DNA of 64,000 bases, taken from assembly GCA_041666545.1 (NCBI GenBank), contig JBAYGS010000004.1, positions 8,610 through 72,609 on the forward strand, written 5' to 3'. This document shows, in pieces, positions 26,612-35,705 of this stretch. Under the pieces are notes generated by a model. That model made no database searches and was not told where the DNA came from. It saw only the letters and a list, made by a program, of their open reading frames with translations. Made by a program: the position numbers and the translations under genes. Every line of letters starts with the position of its first letter. The stretch's first letter is position 1. This stretch comes from Minisyncoccota bacterium (GTDB lineage Bacteria > Patescibacteriota > Minisyncoccia > Phycocordibacterales > JBAYGS01).

Positions 26612-28041
26612 AAAAGCCGTTTCTAATTTGTTTAGTCGCGATGGCCATTTGTTGGCCGGCTTTTGTTTTGGCGGCGCCAGTCATTTCGGAAATTATGTAT
26701 GATGTTGAAGGTACCGATACCGGCAGGGAATGGATGGAGGTATCAAACAACAGTAGCACCGCCATCAATTTGTCGGACTGGAAACTTTTTGAAGCCAGTA
26801 CCAATCACAAGCTGACTTTTGTGCGGGGCAGTGAGAGCGTTCCTGCTGGTGGTTATGCAATCGTGGCTGACGATCCGCAAAAATTTTTGGCGGATTGGCC
26901 AAATTTTTCCGGGACACTTTTTGACAGCACTTTTTCACTTTCGAATACCGGAGAGACCTTAATCTTAAGGTCGCCTGATTTGGTCGATGTTGATACGGTT
27001 TCCTACACGAATAATAATGGGGGAGCCGGCGACGGTAAATCACTCCAGAGGACTAATGACGATTGGTCAGCTGCGCTACCGACTCCCGGCTTAGCTTCGG
27101 CCCTGTCCGCCCCGACTCCACTGGCAGATAACAATAGTGGGAGCACGACAGTCGCCACCCTGGCCAATAATTCAGTTGGCTCGCACCGAATTGAGCCCTC
27201 AATTTATGCAGATGCGGGTGATGATCGCACAGTCGCCGCCGGTTCGGTTGGACTTTTTACCGCTCTTGCTTCGGGTTTAAAAAATGAGCCCTTGGAGGCC
27301 GAAAGATATTTCTGGACTTTTGGTGATGGCTCTTTCGCTGAAGGTAAAAAAATTTTTCACGCTTATGCCTCGCCTGGTACTTATCTCGCTATGCTTGAAA
27401 TCACTTCGGGTGCATATGTAGCCAGTGCAAGAGTGAAGGTGACAGTTGTGCCGGCTACGCTTTCGATTTTAAGTGTTTCCGGTGGCCCGCAAGGCGGTAT
27501 CACTCTTAAAAACGAAAGCATCTATGAGCTGGATTTATCATGGTGGCAGTTGGTTTCCGGTTCTAACAAATTTGTTTTTCCTAAAAATACGATTGTTTTG
27601 CCCAAAGCGACGGTCACTTTTCCGGTCTCGATAACCAGTCTCTCTGACATTAATCAGGGAGTTTCCTTGTTTTATCCTAATGGTGAACTGGCCAGCCGTT
27701 TTAGTTATGAGGCCGGTGTTTCTAAGTCGGCTGTCATAAATCCCACTCCGGTCGTGTCGGTGGCTAAAAAGTCTCCTCCGGTGACTGTTCCCAAAATGCA
27801 GATAGCCGAGCCGGTAATTGAAACTCAGGGTTTTGAACAGGCCGCTGCAGTTGGTTTAGTCACCAAAGATTTGGGCCAAAACCGGGGAGATAAATTTTCT
27901 TGGCCGTGGCTCTGGGGAGTCTTGGGTTTAGCCGTTTTGGCGGTTTCGGGAGTGTGGTATGTTAATAGAGCGAATAGTGACTCGGCTGGCATTGATACCG
28001 GCGGAGTTGCGCCGGGTGAATTTGATTTAATTGAAGAATGA
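26608..28041 (+). CDS. Secreted/cell-surface protein with lamin-tail domains and a PKD domain; signal peptide and C-terminal TM anchor
   Basis: 477 aa. The N-terminus MKKPFLICLVAMAICWPAFVLA is a signal peptide. ISEIMYDVEGTDTGREWMEV...NTGETLIL is an LTD. FWTFGDGSFAEGKKIFHAYASPGTY is a PKD. The C-terminus WPWLWGVLGLAVLAVSGVWYV is a TM. Confidence 0.6.
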   Translation: MKKPFLICLVAMAICWPAFVLAAPVISEIMYDVEGTDTGREWMEVSNNSSTAINLSDWKLFEASTNHKLTFVRGSESVPAGGYAIVADDPQKFLADWPNFSGTLFDSTFSLSNTGETLILRSPDLVDVDTVSYTNNNGGAGDGKSLQRTNDDWSAALPTPGLASALSAPTPLADNNSGSTTVATLANNSVGSHRIEPSIYADAGDDRTVAAGSVGLFTALASGLKNEPLEAERYFWTFGDGSFAEGKKIFHAYASPGTYLAMLEITSGAYVASARVKVTVVPATLSILSVSGGPQGGITLKNESIYELDLSWWQLVSGSNKFVFPKNTIVLPKATVTFPVSITSLSDINQGVSLFYPNGELASRFSYEAGVSKSAVINPTPVVSVAKKSPPVTVPKMQIAEPVIETQGFEQAAAVGLVTKDLGQNRGDKFSWPWLWGVLGLAVLAVSGVWYVNRANSDSAGIDTGGVAPGEFDLIEE

Positions 28042-28074
28042 GGGGCAGTATAAAGTATAAGTATAGATATAAGT

Positions 28075-29223
28075 ATGGAGAAAGAGAAAAAAAGAATTTT
28101 AATATTTTCTGTCGCTTATTTGCCTTTTGTTGGCGGGGCGGAAGTAGCGGTTAAAGAACTTACGGATCGGCTGACCGATTGTTATTTCGATTTGGTCACG
28201 GTCAATTTGGATGGTCGACAAAAAAAGTTGGAAACAATCGGCCGGGTAAATGTTCATCGAGTTGGAATCAGTAAAATCTGCAAATACACTTTTCCAATTA
28301 GCGGCTTTTTAAAAGCTTGGTCTTTGCAAAAAAAGAATTCTTACGATGCGACCTGGGCGATTATGGCTAACTACGCCGGCTTGGCGGGACTATTTTTTAA
28401 ATATAAATTCCCTAAGATTCCTCTCGTCCTGACTTTGCAGGAAGGCGACCCTTTGCCACACGTCAAAAAGCGAATGCTCTTGCTTTACCCGCTTTTTAAA
28501 TCACTTTTCAGAAAAGCTGATAAAATTACCGCGATTTCAAACTATTTAGCGAACTGGGCAAGAGAGATGGGGGCGACTTCACCTGTCGCCGTTGTGTCCA
28601 ACGGTGTCGAGGTGAAGAAGTTTCAAGTTTCAAGTTTCAAGTTTCAAGTTGCAGAAAAAAGACATGAGCTCGGATTTAAAGAGGAAGATGTGGTCTTGGT
28701 GACGACTTCCAGACTAGTTAAAAAAAATGCAGTTGGGGATATTATTGAATCGCTCAGATTTTTGCCCGAGAATGTGAAGTTGCTTGTTGTGGGTTCCGGT
28801 CCTCTTTTTAAATCTCTTCAACTACTCACTACTCACTACTCACTACAAACTCGCATTAAATTCGTCGGTCATGTAGTGCCAGACAAAATTCGCGAATATT
28901 TGTGGGCATCAGACATTTTCATCCGCCCCTCTCTTTCCGAAGGCTTCGGCAATTCATTTATTGAAGCCATGGCCGCTGGCCTGCCAGTGATCGCTACGCC
29001 AGTTGGTGGTATTGTCGATTTTCTTAAAGATGGAGAGACCGGCTTATTTTGCAAAGTTAATGATTCGAAGAGTATTTCTGAAGCAGTATTGAGACTCGTT
29101 AACGATCCGGCATTAAAGAATAAAATCATTGAGAATGCTTCAAAAATGGTCACAGATAAATACGATTGGCATATTGTTGCCACAGAAATGCGATCAGAAG
29201 TGTTTAATCGTTTAATTAAATAA
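28075..29223 (+). CDS. Glycosyltransferase family 4
   Basis: 382 aa. GGAEVAVKELTDRL N-terminus. C-terminal EGFGNSFIEAMAAGLPVIATPVGG motif. Contains the heptamer-repeat insert. Confidence 0.8.
   Translation: MEKEKKRILIFSVAYLPFVGGAEVAVKELTDRLTDCYFDLVTVNLDGRQKKLETIGRVNVHRVGISKICKYTFPISGFLKAWSLQKKNSYDATWAIMANYAGLAGLFFKYKFPKIPLVLTLQEGDPLPHVKKRMLLLYPLFKSLFRKADKITAISNYLANWAREMGATSPVAVVSNGVEVKKFQVSSFKFQVAEKRHELGFKEEDVVLVTTSRLVKKNAVGDIIESLRFLPENVKLLVVGSGPLFKSLQLLTTHYSLQTRIKFVGHVVPDKIREYLWASDIFIRPSLSEGFGNSFIEAMAAGLPVIATPVGGIVDFLKDGETGLFCKVNDSKSISEAVLRLVNDPALKNKIIENASKMVTDKYDWHIVATEMRSEVFNRLIK
28814..28852 (+). repeat. (CACTACT)n heptamer tandem repeat segment, in-frame inside the GT4 gene
   Basis: ctcttcaactactcactactcactactcactacaaact encodes SLQLLTTHYSLQTR. 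36/38 identical to 17270-17305 in murD. Confidence 0.7.
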
Positions 29224-29305
29224 TCAAGGGTTTGACTTCCGATCATTTAAGAGTAGGATCTTGGATAGAAATGAGTCTTTTACATTCAAATGAGAAAGGC
29301 AACCA

Positions 29306-30187
29306 ATGAGAGATCTATCGACACGCGATTATCGGTTCGGATTTATAGAGCCGATCGGAGGAGTTTTGGGCGAAATACCGTTCATCCTTGTCCACAGAAG
29401 TGAGGAGATGCCGCCAATCGACAAGGTTTTTGTGCTGTACGTCAACTGTTACAGTCGGCATAGTTTGGTACAAAGCGATCTGGTGCTTGTCTGGCTTATG
29501 GAGGAAACTGGGATAGTGATCAAGTCGTACTGTAGGGCGGATGATCCCAGACTGAGAGCTCAATACAAAAACTGTTCTGAGTTTGCCGAAAAGGTCATGG
29601 CCATGTTGCTTTTGTCTGAAGAACGCGGACGGCCGTCTGAAATTTATCGTCGTACGGAAATCGGAGCTAAGCTGAAAAAAGACGAACTGCCTGGATATCT
29701 GAGGCCTATCATTGTCCGGGTGGAGGGATGGAAAGTCTTCTTTGGGCGTCCGGAGGTACGGCAGATTCGAGGTGGTTATTACGCCCGCATTTCGGAAGAT
29801 GGCTATTATGTTGCTCCAATCGGTCGAGCTTGGCTTAGGCTGGGTGAAAGGGTGCTCAAAGACGGTTTGCCATTTGATGAAGAGTATACCATTCTGGATG
29901 ATGAATTAGGATTTCATTTTGATCCCAATGATCAGTCGCCTATTGTTGTGAGTGATGCGATTTACTGGCAACTGGAGGGCTCCAGGGTTTTGGTTGTCTT
30001 GCCACATGCCTCAGCAAACGAAAAAGTTGCAACATACTACGGTTACCTTAAACAATTCAATGAGTTCAACGCCGCTGTCAATGAAGCGAGGGAAAGAATA
30101 AAGGTGGCAGCGAAGGCAAATGCGGCCAGAGAAGAGGAAGTGATCAATGCCCGGGCTCTGGATCTAAGAAAAGCTTTGCTTGAGTGA
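29306..30187 (+). CDS. Hypothetical protein (293 aa), stand-alone transcription unit inserted within the glycosyltransferase cluster
   Basis: No recognisable domain. GC ~49%. Upstream TTGACT (29232) and SD-like GAAAGG. Strong terminator at 30206-30240. Confidence 0.4.
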   Translation: MRDLSTRDYRFGFIEPIGGVLGEIPFILVHRSEEMPPIDKVFVLYVNCYSRHSLVQSDLVLVWLMEETGIVIKSYCRADDPRLRAQYKNCSEFAEKVMAMLLLSEERGRPSEIYRRTEIGAKLKKDELPGYLRPIIVRVEGWKVFFGRPEVRQIRGGYYARISEDGYYVAPIGRAWLRLGERVLKDGLPFDEEYTILDDELGFHFDPNDQSPIVVSDAIYWQLEGSRVLVVLPHASANEKVATYYGYLKQFNEFNAAVNEARERIKVAAKANAAREEEVINARALDLRKALLE

Positions 30188-30205
30188 ATTGATCAATGTT
30201 CGTTC

Positions 30206-30240
30206 AGCCGGAGGTACAGAAGTGTGCCTCCGGTTTTTTA
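30206..30240 (+). terminator. Rho-independent terminator
   Basis: agccggaggtacagaagtgtgcctccgg + tttttt. Confidence 0.6.
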
Positions 30241-30278
30241 TGTTCTATATTTAGGCCTAAATGTGTTATAAATAAGCT

Positions 30279-31286
30279 GTGAAAATAGTCATTACCACCG
30301 GAATCTATCCACCAGCTATCGGAGGGCCGGCGCAATATGCCAAGAATTTGGCGGAGACTTTTCGTGCCAAAGGTCATGCAGTTAAGGTTTTGACTTACCG
30401 GCTTGAAAAATATCTGCCGACTGGGGTTAGGCACTTCTGGTTTTATTTGAGGTGTCTATTTGGTTTTGCCGGAGTGGATTTGATTATTACTCTCGATACT
30501 TTTAGCGTTGGTTGGCCATCGGTTTGTGCCGCCAAGCACTTGAATAAAAAAATTATTATCCGGACCGGCGGTGATTTTCTCTGGGAAGGTTATGTGGAAA
30601 GAACAGGGGATTTGGTTTTGCTCCGTGAGTTTTATCAAACTCGAATGGGCAAGCTATCTTTTAAGGAAAGGCAGATTTTTAGAATTACTAAAGATATTTT
30701 AGCCAAGGCCGACAAAATCGCTTTCAATACTTATTGGCAGAGAGTCATTTGGGCCGCGCCTTATGGTTTGGATTTGGACAAGACGACGGTTGTCGAAAAT
30801 TTTTATGGCCCAAAAGAGGAGTCAAATTATGAAAATTTTCCGGCCCGGAAGGTTTTGGTTGGTGGTACGAGGCAATTGAAATGGAAAAATCTGGCGGTTT
30901 TGAGGCGCGCTTTTGCTCTGGCGAAAGCGCGCCTGCCGGATTTAGAGCTTGATCTTATGACTGCCGATTATGATGCCTTCCAGGACAAAATTCGTCATTC
31001 GTACGCTGTGATTCTGGTCTCTTTGGGCGATATCGGTCCCAACTTGATTATGGACGCGATTCGTCTCAATAAGCCTTTTATCTGCACGAAAGAAACCGGT
31101 CTTTATGATAAAATTAAGGATATCGGCCTTTTTGTTAATCCGCAGAATGAAAACGAAATTGCCGAGCAGATAATTTTTCTGTCCCAAAAGGTAAATTACG
31201 AGGCGGCCATTTCTCGGCTCCAAGCTTTCGATTTTATTCATACTTGGGAGGAAATTGCTGAGGAGTTTTTAAATCTTGCCCAATGA
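30279..31286 (+). CDS. Glycosyltransferase (GT4-like, GT-B fold)
   Basis: 335 aa. GTG start. MKIVITTGIYPPAIGGPAQYAKNLAETF N-terminus is typical of GT4. Confidence 0.55.
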   Translation: MKIVITTGIYPPAIGGPAQYAKNLAETFRAKGHAVKVLTYRLEKYLPTGVRHFWFYLRCLFGFAGVDLIITLDTFSVGWPSVCAAKHLNKKIIIRTGGDFLWEGYVERTGDLVLLREFYQTRMGKLSFKERQIFRITKDILAKADKIAFNTYWQRVIWAAPYGLDLDKTTVVENFYGPKEESNYENFPARKVLVGGTRQLKWKNLAVLRRAFALAKARLPDLELDLMTADYDAFQDKIRHSYAVILVSLGDIGPNLIMDAIRLNKPFICTKETGLYDKIKDIGLFVNPQNENEIAEQIIFLSQKVNYEAAISRLQAFDFIHTWEEIAEEFLNLAQ

Positions 31287-32431
31287 CCAGAGTCTTGATG
31301 ATTTCAACCGACCGAAAAATATTTGATAACAATTCTCTGGTGCGCGAGAGGATGATTGAGTATGGCTCGATTTTTGATGAATTAAATATTGTGGTTTTGA
31401 CCAAGAGGGGTGAGGCGATTGGGCAGTTGCCGGTTCACCTCTCACCCAAAGTCAGAGTTTTCGCCACCGAATCGGCCGGTAGGCTCTCGGCCATCAAGGA
31501 TGCTTTTAAAGTTGGGATGCAAATTCTCGATTCTGCCACCGATTTAAATTTTTGGGTGATTACCACTCAAGATCCTTTTGAGACTGGTCTCGTTGGCCGC
31601 AAGCTTAAAAGAGTTTTTAAATTGCCATTACAAATTCAGGTTCATACCGACCTTTTAAATATTCACTTTGCTCACGATCCGCTGAACAATCTCCGTTTTA
31701 TTGTTGCTCGGCAAGTTTTGAAATCGGCCGACAGTCTCAGGGTGGTTTCAGAGAGAATCAAGCGGTCTTTGGTCAATGATTATCGCTTTGCCATTCCGGC
31801 CGAGAAAATTTCGGTTTTGCCGATTTTTATTGATTTGGAGAAAATCAGAAGTCTGCCGGTCTCGGTAGATTTGCACAAAAAGTATCCACAATTCGGCAAA
31901 ATTGTCTTAATCGCTTCTCGTCTGACCAAAGAAAAAAATTTGTTTTTTGCTCTCAAGGTTTTCAGAAGGCTTTTGAAAGAAACACCGGAGGCGGGTTTGG
32001 TGATTGTCGGTGATGGGCCAAAGAGATTGAAATTGGAAAAGAAGGCCAAGAGTTGGGGAATCGCCGACCGAGTTAAGTTTGAGGGTTGGCAAGATAATTT
32101 GGTCTCTTATTACAAGACTGCCGATACTTTTCTGAGCACTTCGTTTTACGAAGGCTTTGGCTTAACCATTGTCGAAGCAATTGCTCTCGGCTTGCCGGTT
32201 GTCTCTTCCAATGTTGGCATCGCTTCGCAAGCCTTAACCAGTGTGAATGGTTCGGTTTGCGAGTATCCGGACATCGATTGTTTTGTCCATCGACTCTGGC
32301 ACTTTTTGGCCGAAGGTCGGTTTGAGCCGGGGAGCGGTGATATCAATTTTTCCCAGATTATGACCACTGACAAGGCCGATTATCTTCGCAAGTACCAGCA
32401 AGCTATCGAGATTATTGCTCGCGCACGTTAA
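31283..32431 (+). CDS. Glycosyltransferase family 4
   Basis: EGFGLTIVEAIALGLPVVSSNVG motif. Start overlaps the upstream stop. Confidence 0.8.
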   Translation: MTRVLMISTDRKIFDNNSLVRERMIEYGSIFDELNIVVLTKRGEAIGQLPVHLSPKVRVFATESAGRLSAIKDAFKVGMQILDSATDLNFWVITTQDPFETGLVGRKLKRVFKLPLQIQVHTDLLNIHFAHDPLNNLRFIVARQVLKSADSLRVVSERIKRSLVNDYRFAIPAEKISVLPIFIDLEKIRSLPVSVDLHKKYPQFGKIVLIASRLTKEKNLFFALKVFRRLLKETPEAGLVIVGDGPKRLKLEKKAKSWGIADRVKFEGWQDNLVSYYKTADTFLSTSFYEGFGLTIVEAIALGLPVVSSNVGIASQALTSVNGSVCEYPDIDCFVHRLWHFLAEGRFEPGSGDINFSQIMTTDKADYLRKYQQAIEIIARAR

Positions 32432-32465
32432 TTAAAATCATCCGCGGTTTTCCCGGATTTGAAAA

Positions 32466-33497
32466 ATGAAAATTTTATTTATAACTCAAAAGGTTGATAA
32501 GAATGACGCCGTGCTCGGGTTTATCCACGGTTGGCTTTTGGCTTTGTCGAAACAGTTTGCCGAGCTCCAAGTGATTTGTCTTGAGAGGGGTGAAGTCAAT
32601 TTGCCGGCGAACGTAAAAATTTTCTCTCTGGGCAAGGAGAGTGGCCGATCACGGCTCAAGTACATCTCTAATTTTTATCGAACAGCTTTCGGCCGCCAGG
32701 CCGATTATGAGGCTGTTTTTGTCCATATGAACCCCGAGTATGTCATTCTGGGCGGCTTATTCTGGCGTTTTAAGGGTAAAAAGGTGGTTATGTGGTACAA
32801 CCACACCTACGGCGATTGGCGGGCCAAATTAGCCATGTTTTTGGCCAATATTCTTTGTCACACTTCACCCTACGCCTTTACGGCCAAGACTAAAAAATCA
32901 GTTCGGATGCCGGCAGGGATTGATACGGGAATTTTCCAGCCGACTGGTGTAGATAAAAAGAAAAACTCAATTTTATATTTGGGCCGGATCTCGCCAATTA
33001 AAGATCTCGGCACTTTGCTTGAAGCTGTGAAGATTTTGGATCAAAACAGTTTCCCTTTTGTTTTGGATGTTTACGGCGAGGCCTTGGTGGGGGATCTTGG
33101 CTATTTGAAGCAACTACAACAAAAATTTGAGAGTTTAATCCGAGCGGGCAAAATCGATTTTTTTGGTTCTGTTGCCAATTTCAAAACCCCGGAAATTTTT
33201 TCTAGTCATGAGGTTTCGGTCAACCTGACTCCCGCCGGCAATTATGATAAAACGGTATTGGAGACCATGGCTTGCGGATCTCTGCCACTGGTTTCTTCGC
33301 CGGCTTTTAAAGATGCCCTGCCAACGGAATTCTTTTTCAAAGAAAAGGATCCGGTTTCCTTGGCTGAGACACTCAAACGAGTTTTATTTTTCGATCAGGA
33401 TAAGAAAAATTCTCTCGCCGTGGATTTACGAAAATATGCTGTTGCCAATCATGGTTTGGATAAATTAGTATCTGCCATTACAAAACTCTATGAATAA
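32466..33497 (+). CDS. Glycosyltransferase (GT4-like)
   Basis: 343 aa GT-B fold. ETMACGSLPLVSSPAF C-terminal motif. Confidence 0.6.
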   Translation: MKILFITQKVDKNDAVLGFIHGWLLALSKQFAELQVICLERGEVNLPANVKIFSLGKESGRSRLKYISNFYRTAFGRQADYEAVFVHMNPEYVILGGLFWRFKGKKVVMWYNHTYGDWRAKLAMFLANILCHTSPYAFTAKTKKSVRMPAGIDTGIFQPTGVDKKKNSILYLGRISPIKDLGTLLEAVKILDQNSFPFVLDVYGEALVGDLGYLKQLQQKFESLIRAGKIDFFGSVANFKTPEIFSSHEVSVNLTPAGNYDKTVLETMACGSLPLVSSPAFKDALPTEFFFKEKDPVSLAETLKRVLFFDQDKKNSLAVDLRKYAVANHGLDKLVSAITKLYE

Positions 33498-34635
33498 AAA
33501 AATTTATTACATTGCCCACTGCCGTTTCCCGTCTGAAAGGGCTCATGCGATCCAAGTTGCGAAAATGATTGAAGCCATGAGCCTTAATGGTTTTGAAGTT
33601 GAGCTGATTGTGCCGGATCGGGAGAATGCCATTTCGCAAAGCCCGAAGAATTTCTACGGTCTCCAGACCGATATTTTGGTTAAGTATCTGAAAATTTGTG
33701 ATCTCTATCGTTTCGGCAAACTTGGTTATCGGTTAAGTGGCCTGTCATTTATTCTGGCCTACCGTCGATTTATTAAGGAAAGGCAAAAGGCCGGAGAAAA
33801 GTTCTTGCTCTACACTATCGACATGGATCAGTTCTCGCTCATCGGTGTCAGTTTTTTGCACACGCCTTTTGTGGTTGAGGTCCACGATGCCAAAAAATAC
33901 AGCTGGATTTTTAATCGAATGTTTAAAAGAGCCACCGCTATTTTGACGATTAATAATTTGATTAAAAACGAGATTGTGAAAACTTTTTCTCTGTCGTCTG
34001 AGAAGGTTTTGGTTCAACCGAACGGTATCGACCTCCAAATGTTTTCCAAACCGGCCGATAAGGCGGCTTGGCGGGGGAAGTGGAGTATTCTTCTTAATCG
34101 GCCATTCGTACTTTATGTCGGCAAATGTTATGACTGGAAGGGTTTGGAAATATTCGATCAGGCCCTGAAGGCTTTGCCGGAAATTAATTTTGGTTTCGTT
34201 GGTTGTAGTAAAGGCGAGGTTGAAAAGATGACCGGCCAGAAATATGATTTGCCGAACGTTTTATTTTTCAGTCAGCGGCCGTATACCGAGATGGTTGATT
34301 GGATGAGGAGTGCGGACATTCTGCTTGTTATCGGCACCAAGAAGAATGAGTATTCTTACTATCACACTTCGCCAATGAAATTGTTCGAGTATTTGGCGAC
34401 CGGAGTGCCGATTTTGGTTGCCGATACCCCGGCCATCAAAGATATGGTGAGCGAAAAGGAAGTCTTTTTCTATCAGGCTGATAATTCCGAAAGTTTCGTC
34501 TCGTCGATTCGAAAAATTATCAGTGATCAAAAAACTGCCGGTTTAAGATCGGCCGAGGCTTTAAATTTGGCCGGTAAATTGTCTTGGTCAAGCCGAGTTT
34601 TGCTGGTGCTTAATTTTGTGAAGAATAAGTTATGA
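33490..34635 (+). CDS. Glycosyltransferase family 4
   Basis: PMKLFEYLATGVPILVADTPAIKDMV motif. Confidence 0.7.
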   Translation: MNKKIYYIAHCRFPSERAHAIQVAKMIEAMSLNGFEVELIVPDRENAISQSPKNFYGLQTDILVKYLKICDLYRFGKLGYRLSGLSFILAYRRFIKERQKAGEKFLLYTIDMDQFSLIGVSFLHTPFVVEVHDAKKYSWIFNRMFKRATAILTINNLIKNEIVKTFSLSSEKVLVQPNGIDLQMFSKPADKAAWRGKWSILLNRPFVLYVGKCYDWKGLEIFDQALKALPEINFGFVGCSKGEVEKMTGQKYDLPNVLFFSQRPYTEMVDWMRSADILLVIGTKKNEYSYYHTSPMKLFEYLATGVPILVADTPAIKDMVSEKEVFFYQADNSESFVSSIRKIISDQKTAGLRSAEALNLAGKLSWSSRVLLVLNFVKNKL

Positions 34636-35705
34636 AAATTGGCATAGTCCTCCATCCATTTGATGAGAAGAGGCCTGCCGGACTTGGCCGGTATATTTTT
34701 GAGCTGACCAAGGAAATTATCGAGAGAGATCCGGAAAGTCAATTTATTATTTATCTAAAACAAACGCCGAAGGAAAAATTGAATATTGGAAGCAATAATT
34801 GGCAAACGGTGGTTCTTGGCGACGGTTATTTCTGGCTCGAAGGCTTAGCCGGAACCCCGAAGGCCGATCTTTATATTTTTAATACTCCGATTATGCCTTT
34901 TTTCTTCCGGCCGAAGCGGTCTCTGGTGATCGCTCTCGACTTTGCTTATCTTGATTTTGCTTCGTTTTGGCAGTGGCCAAAGATGTGGCCTTTAAAACTG
35001 TATCATCGTTTCTCTCTGAGGCGGGCGACCAAAATTATAGCGATTTCTGAAACTACCAAACAAGAGGTGATGACTCGTTTTGGAATTGACCGGAATAAAA
35101 TCGAGGTCATTTATCCGGGTTTTAACCCAATCTGTAATTTGCCGTCCCAAGCGGTAGCGACGCCGGAAAAATATTTTCTTTATGTCGGTGTGATCAAGGC
35201 CCGAAAAAATCTTTTGAGGGTTGTTGAGGCCTTTGCACTTTTTTTGAAAGACTTTCCGAAGTATCAACTGCTGATAGTTGGGAAGGGACAAGGGAGGTAT
35301 TACGACCGGGTTAAAAGCCTGATCATAAAAAGCGGGATTTCTGAACAAGTTAAATTTGTCGGCTATGTCTCAGATCAGGAATTATCATCTCTTTATCAAA
35401 AAGCTGAGGCTCTGGTCTTTCCCAGTCTGGCTGAAGGTTTCGGTTTTCCGGTTTTGGAGGCCATGGCTTGCGGTCTGCCGGTCATTACTTCCAATCAAAC
35501 TTCGACCAAAGAAATTGGGGAAGCGGGCTCGGCTTGCCTCGTCGATCCTAAAAATTCGAAGGAAATTAGCGGGGCGATGGTTAAAATTGCTTCCAATCAG
35601 GATTTTCGCCGGCTACTGGTTGAAAATGGCCAAAAGCGGTCACAAGAATTTTCTTGGCGAAAATGCGCGGAACAATTTATCAAGCTTATTAATGATTTAA
35701 AATGA
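34632..35705 (+). CDS. Glycosyltransferase family 4
   Basis: EGFGFPVLEAMACGLPVITSNQTSTKEI motif. Confidence 0.85.
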   Translation: MKIGIVLHPFDEKRPAGLGRYIFELTKEIIERDPESQFIIYLKQTPKEKLNIGSNNWQTVVLGDGYFWLEGLAGTPKADLYIFNTPIMPFFFRPKRSLVIALDFAYLDFASFWQWPKMWPLKLYHRFSLRRATKIIAISETTKQEVMTRFGIDRNKIEVIYPGFNPICNLPSQAVATPEKYFLYVGVIKARKNLLRVVEAFALFLKDFPKYQLLIVGKGQGRYYDRVKSLIIKSGISEQVKFVGYVSDQELSSLYQKAEALVFPSLAEGFGFPVLEAMACGLPVITSNQTSTKEIGEAGSACLVDPKNSKEISGAMVKIASNQDFRRLLVENGQKRSQEFSWRKCAEQFIKLINDLK

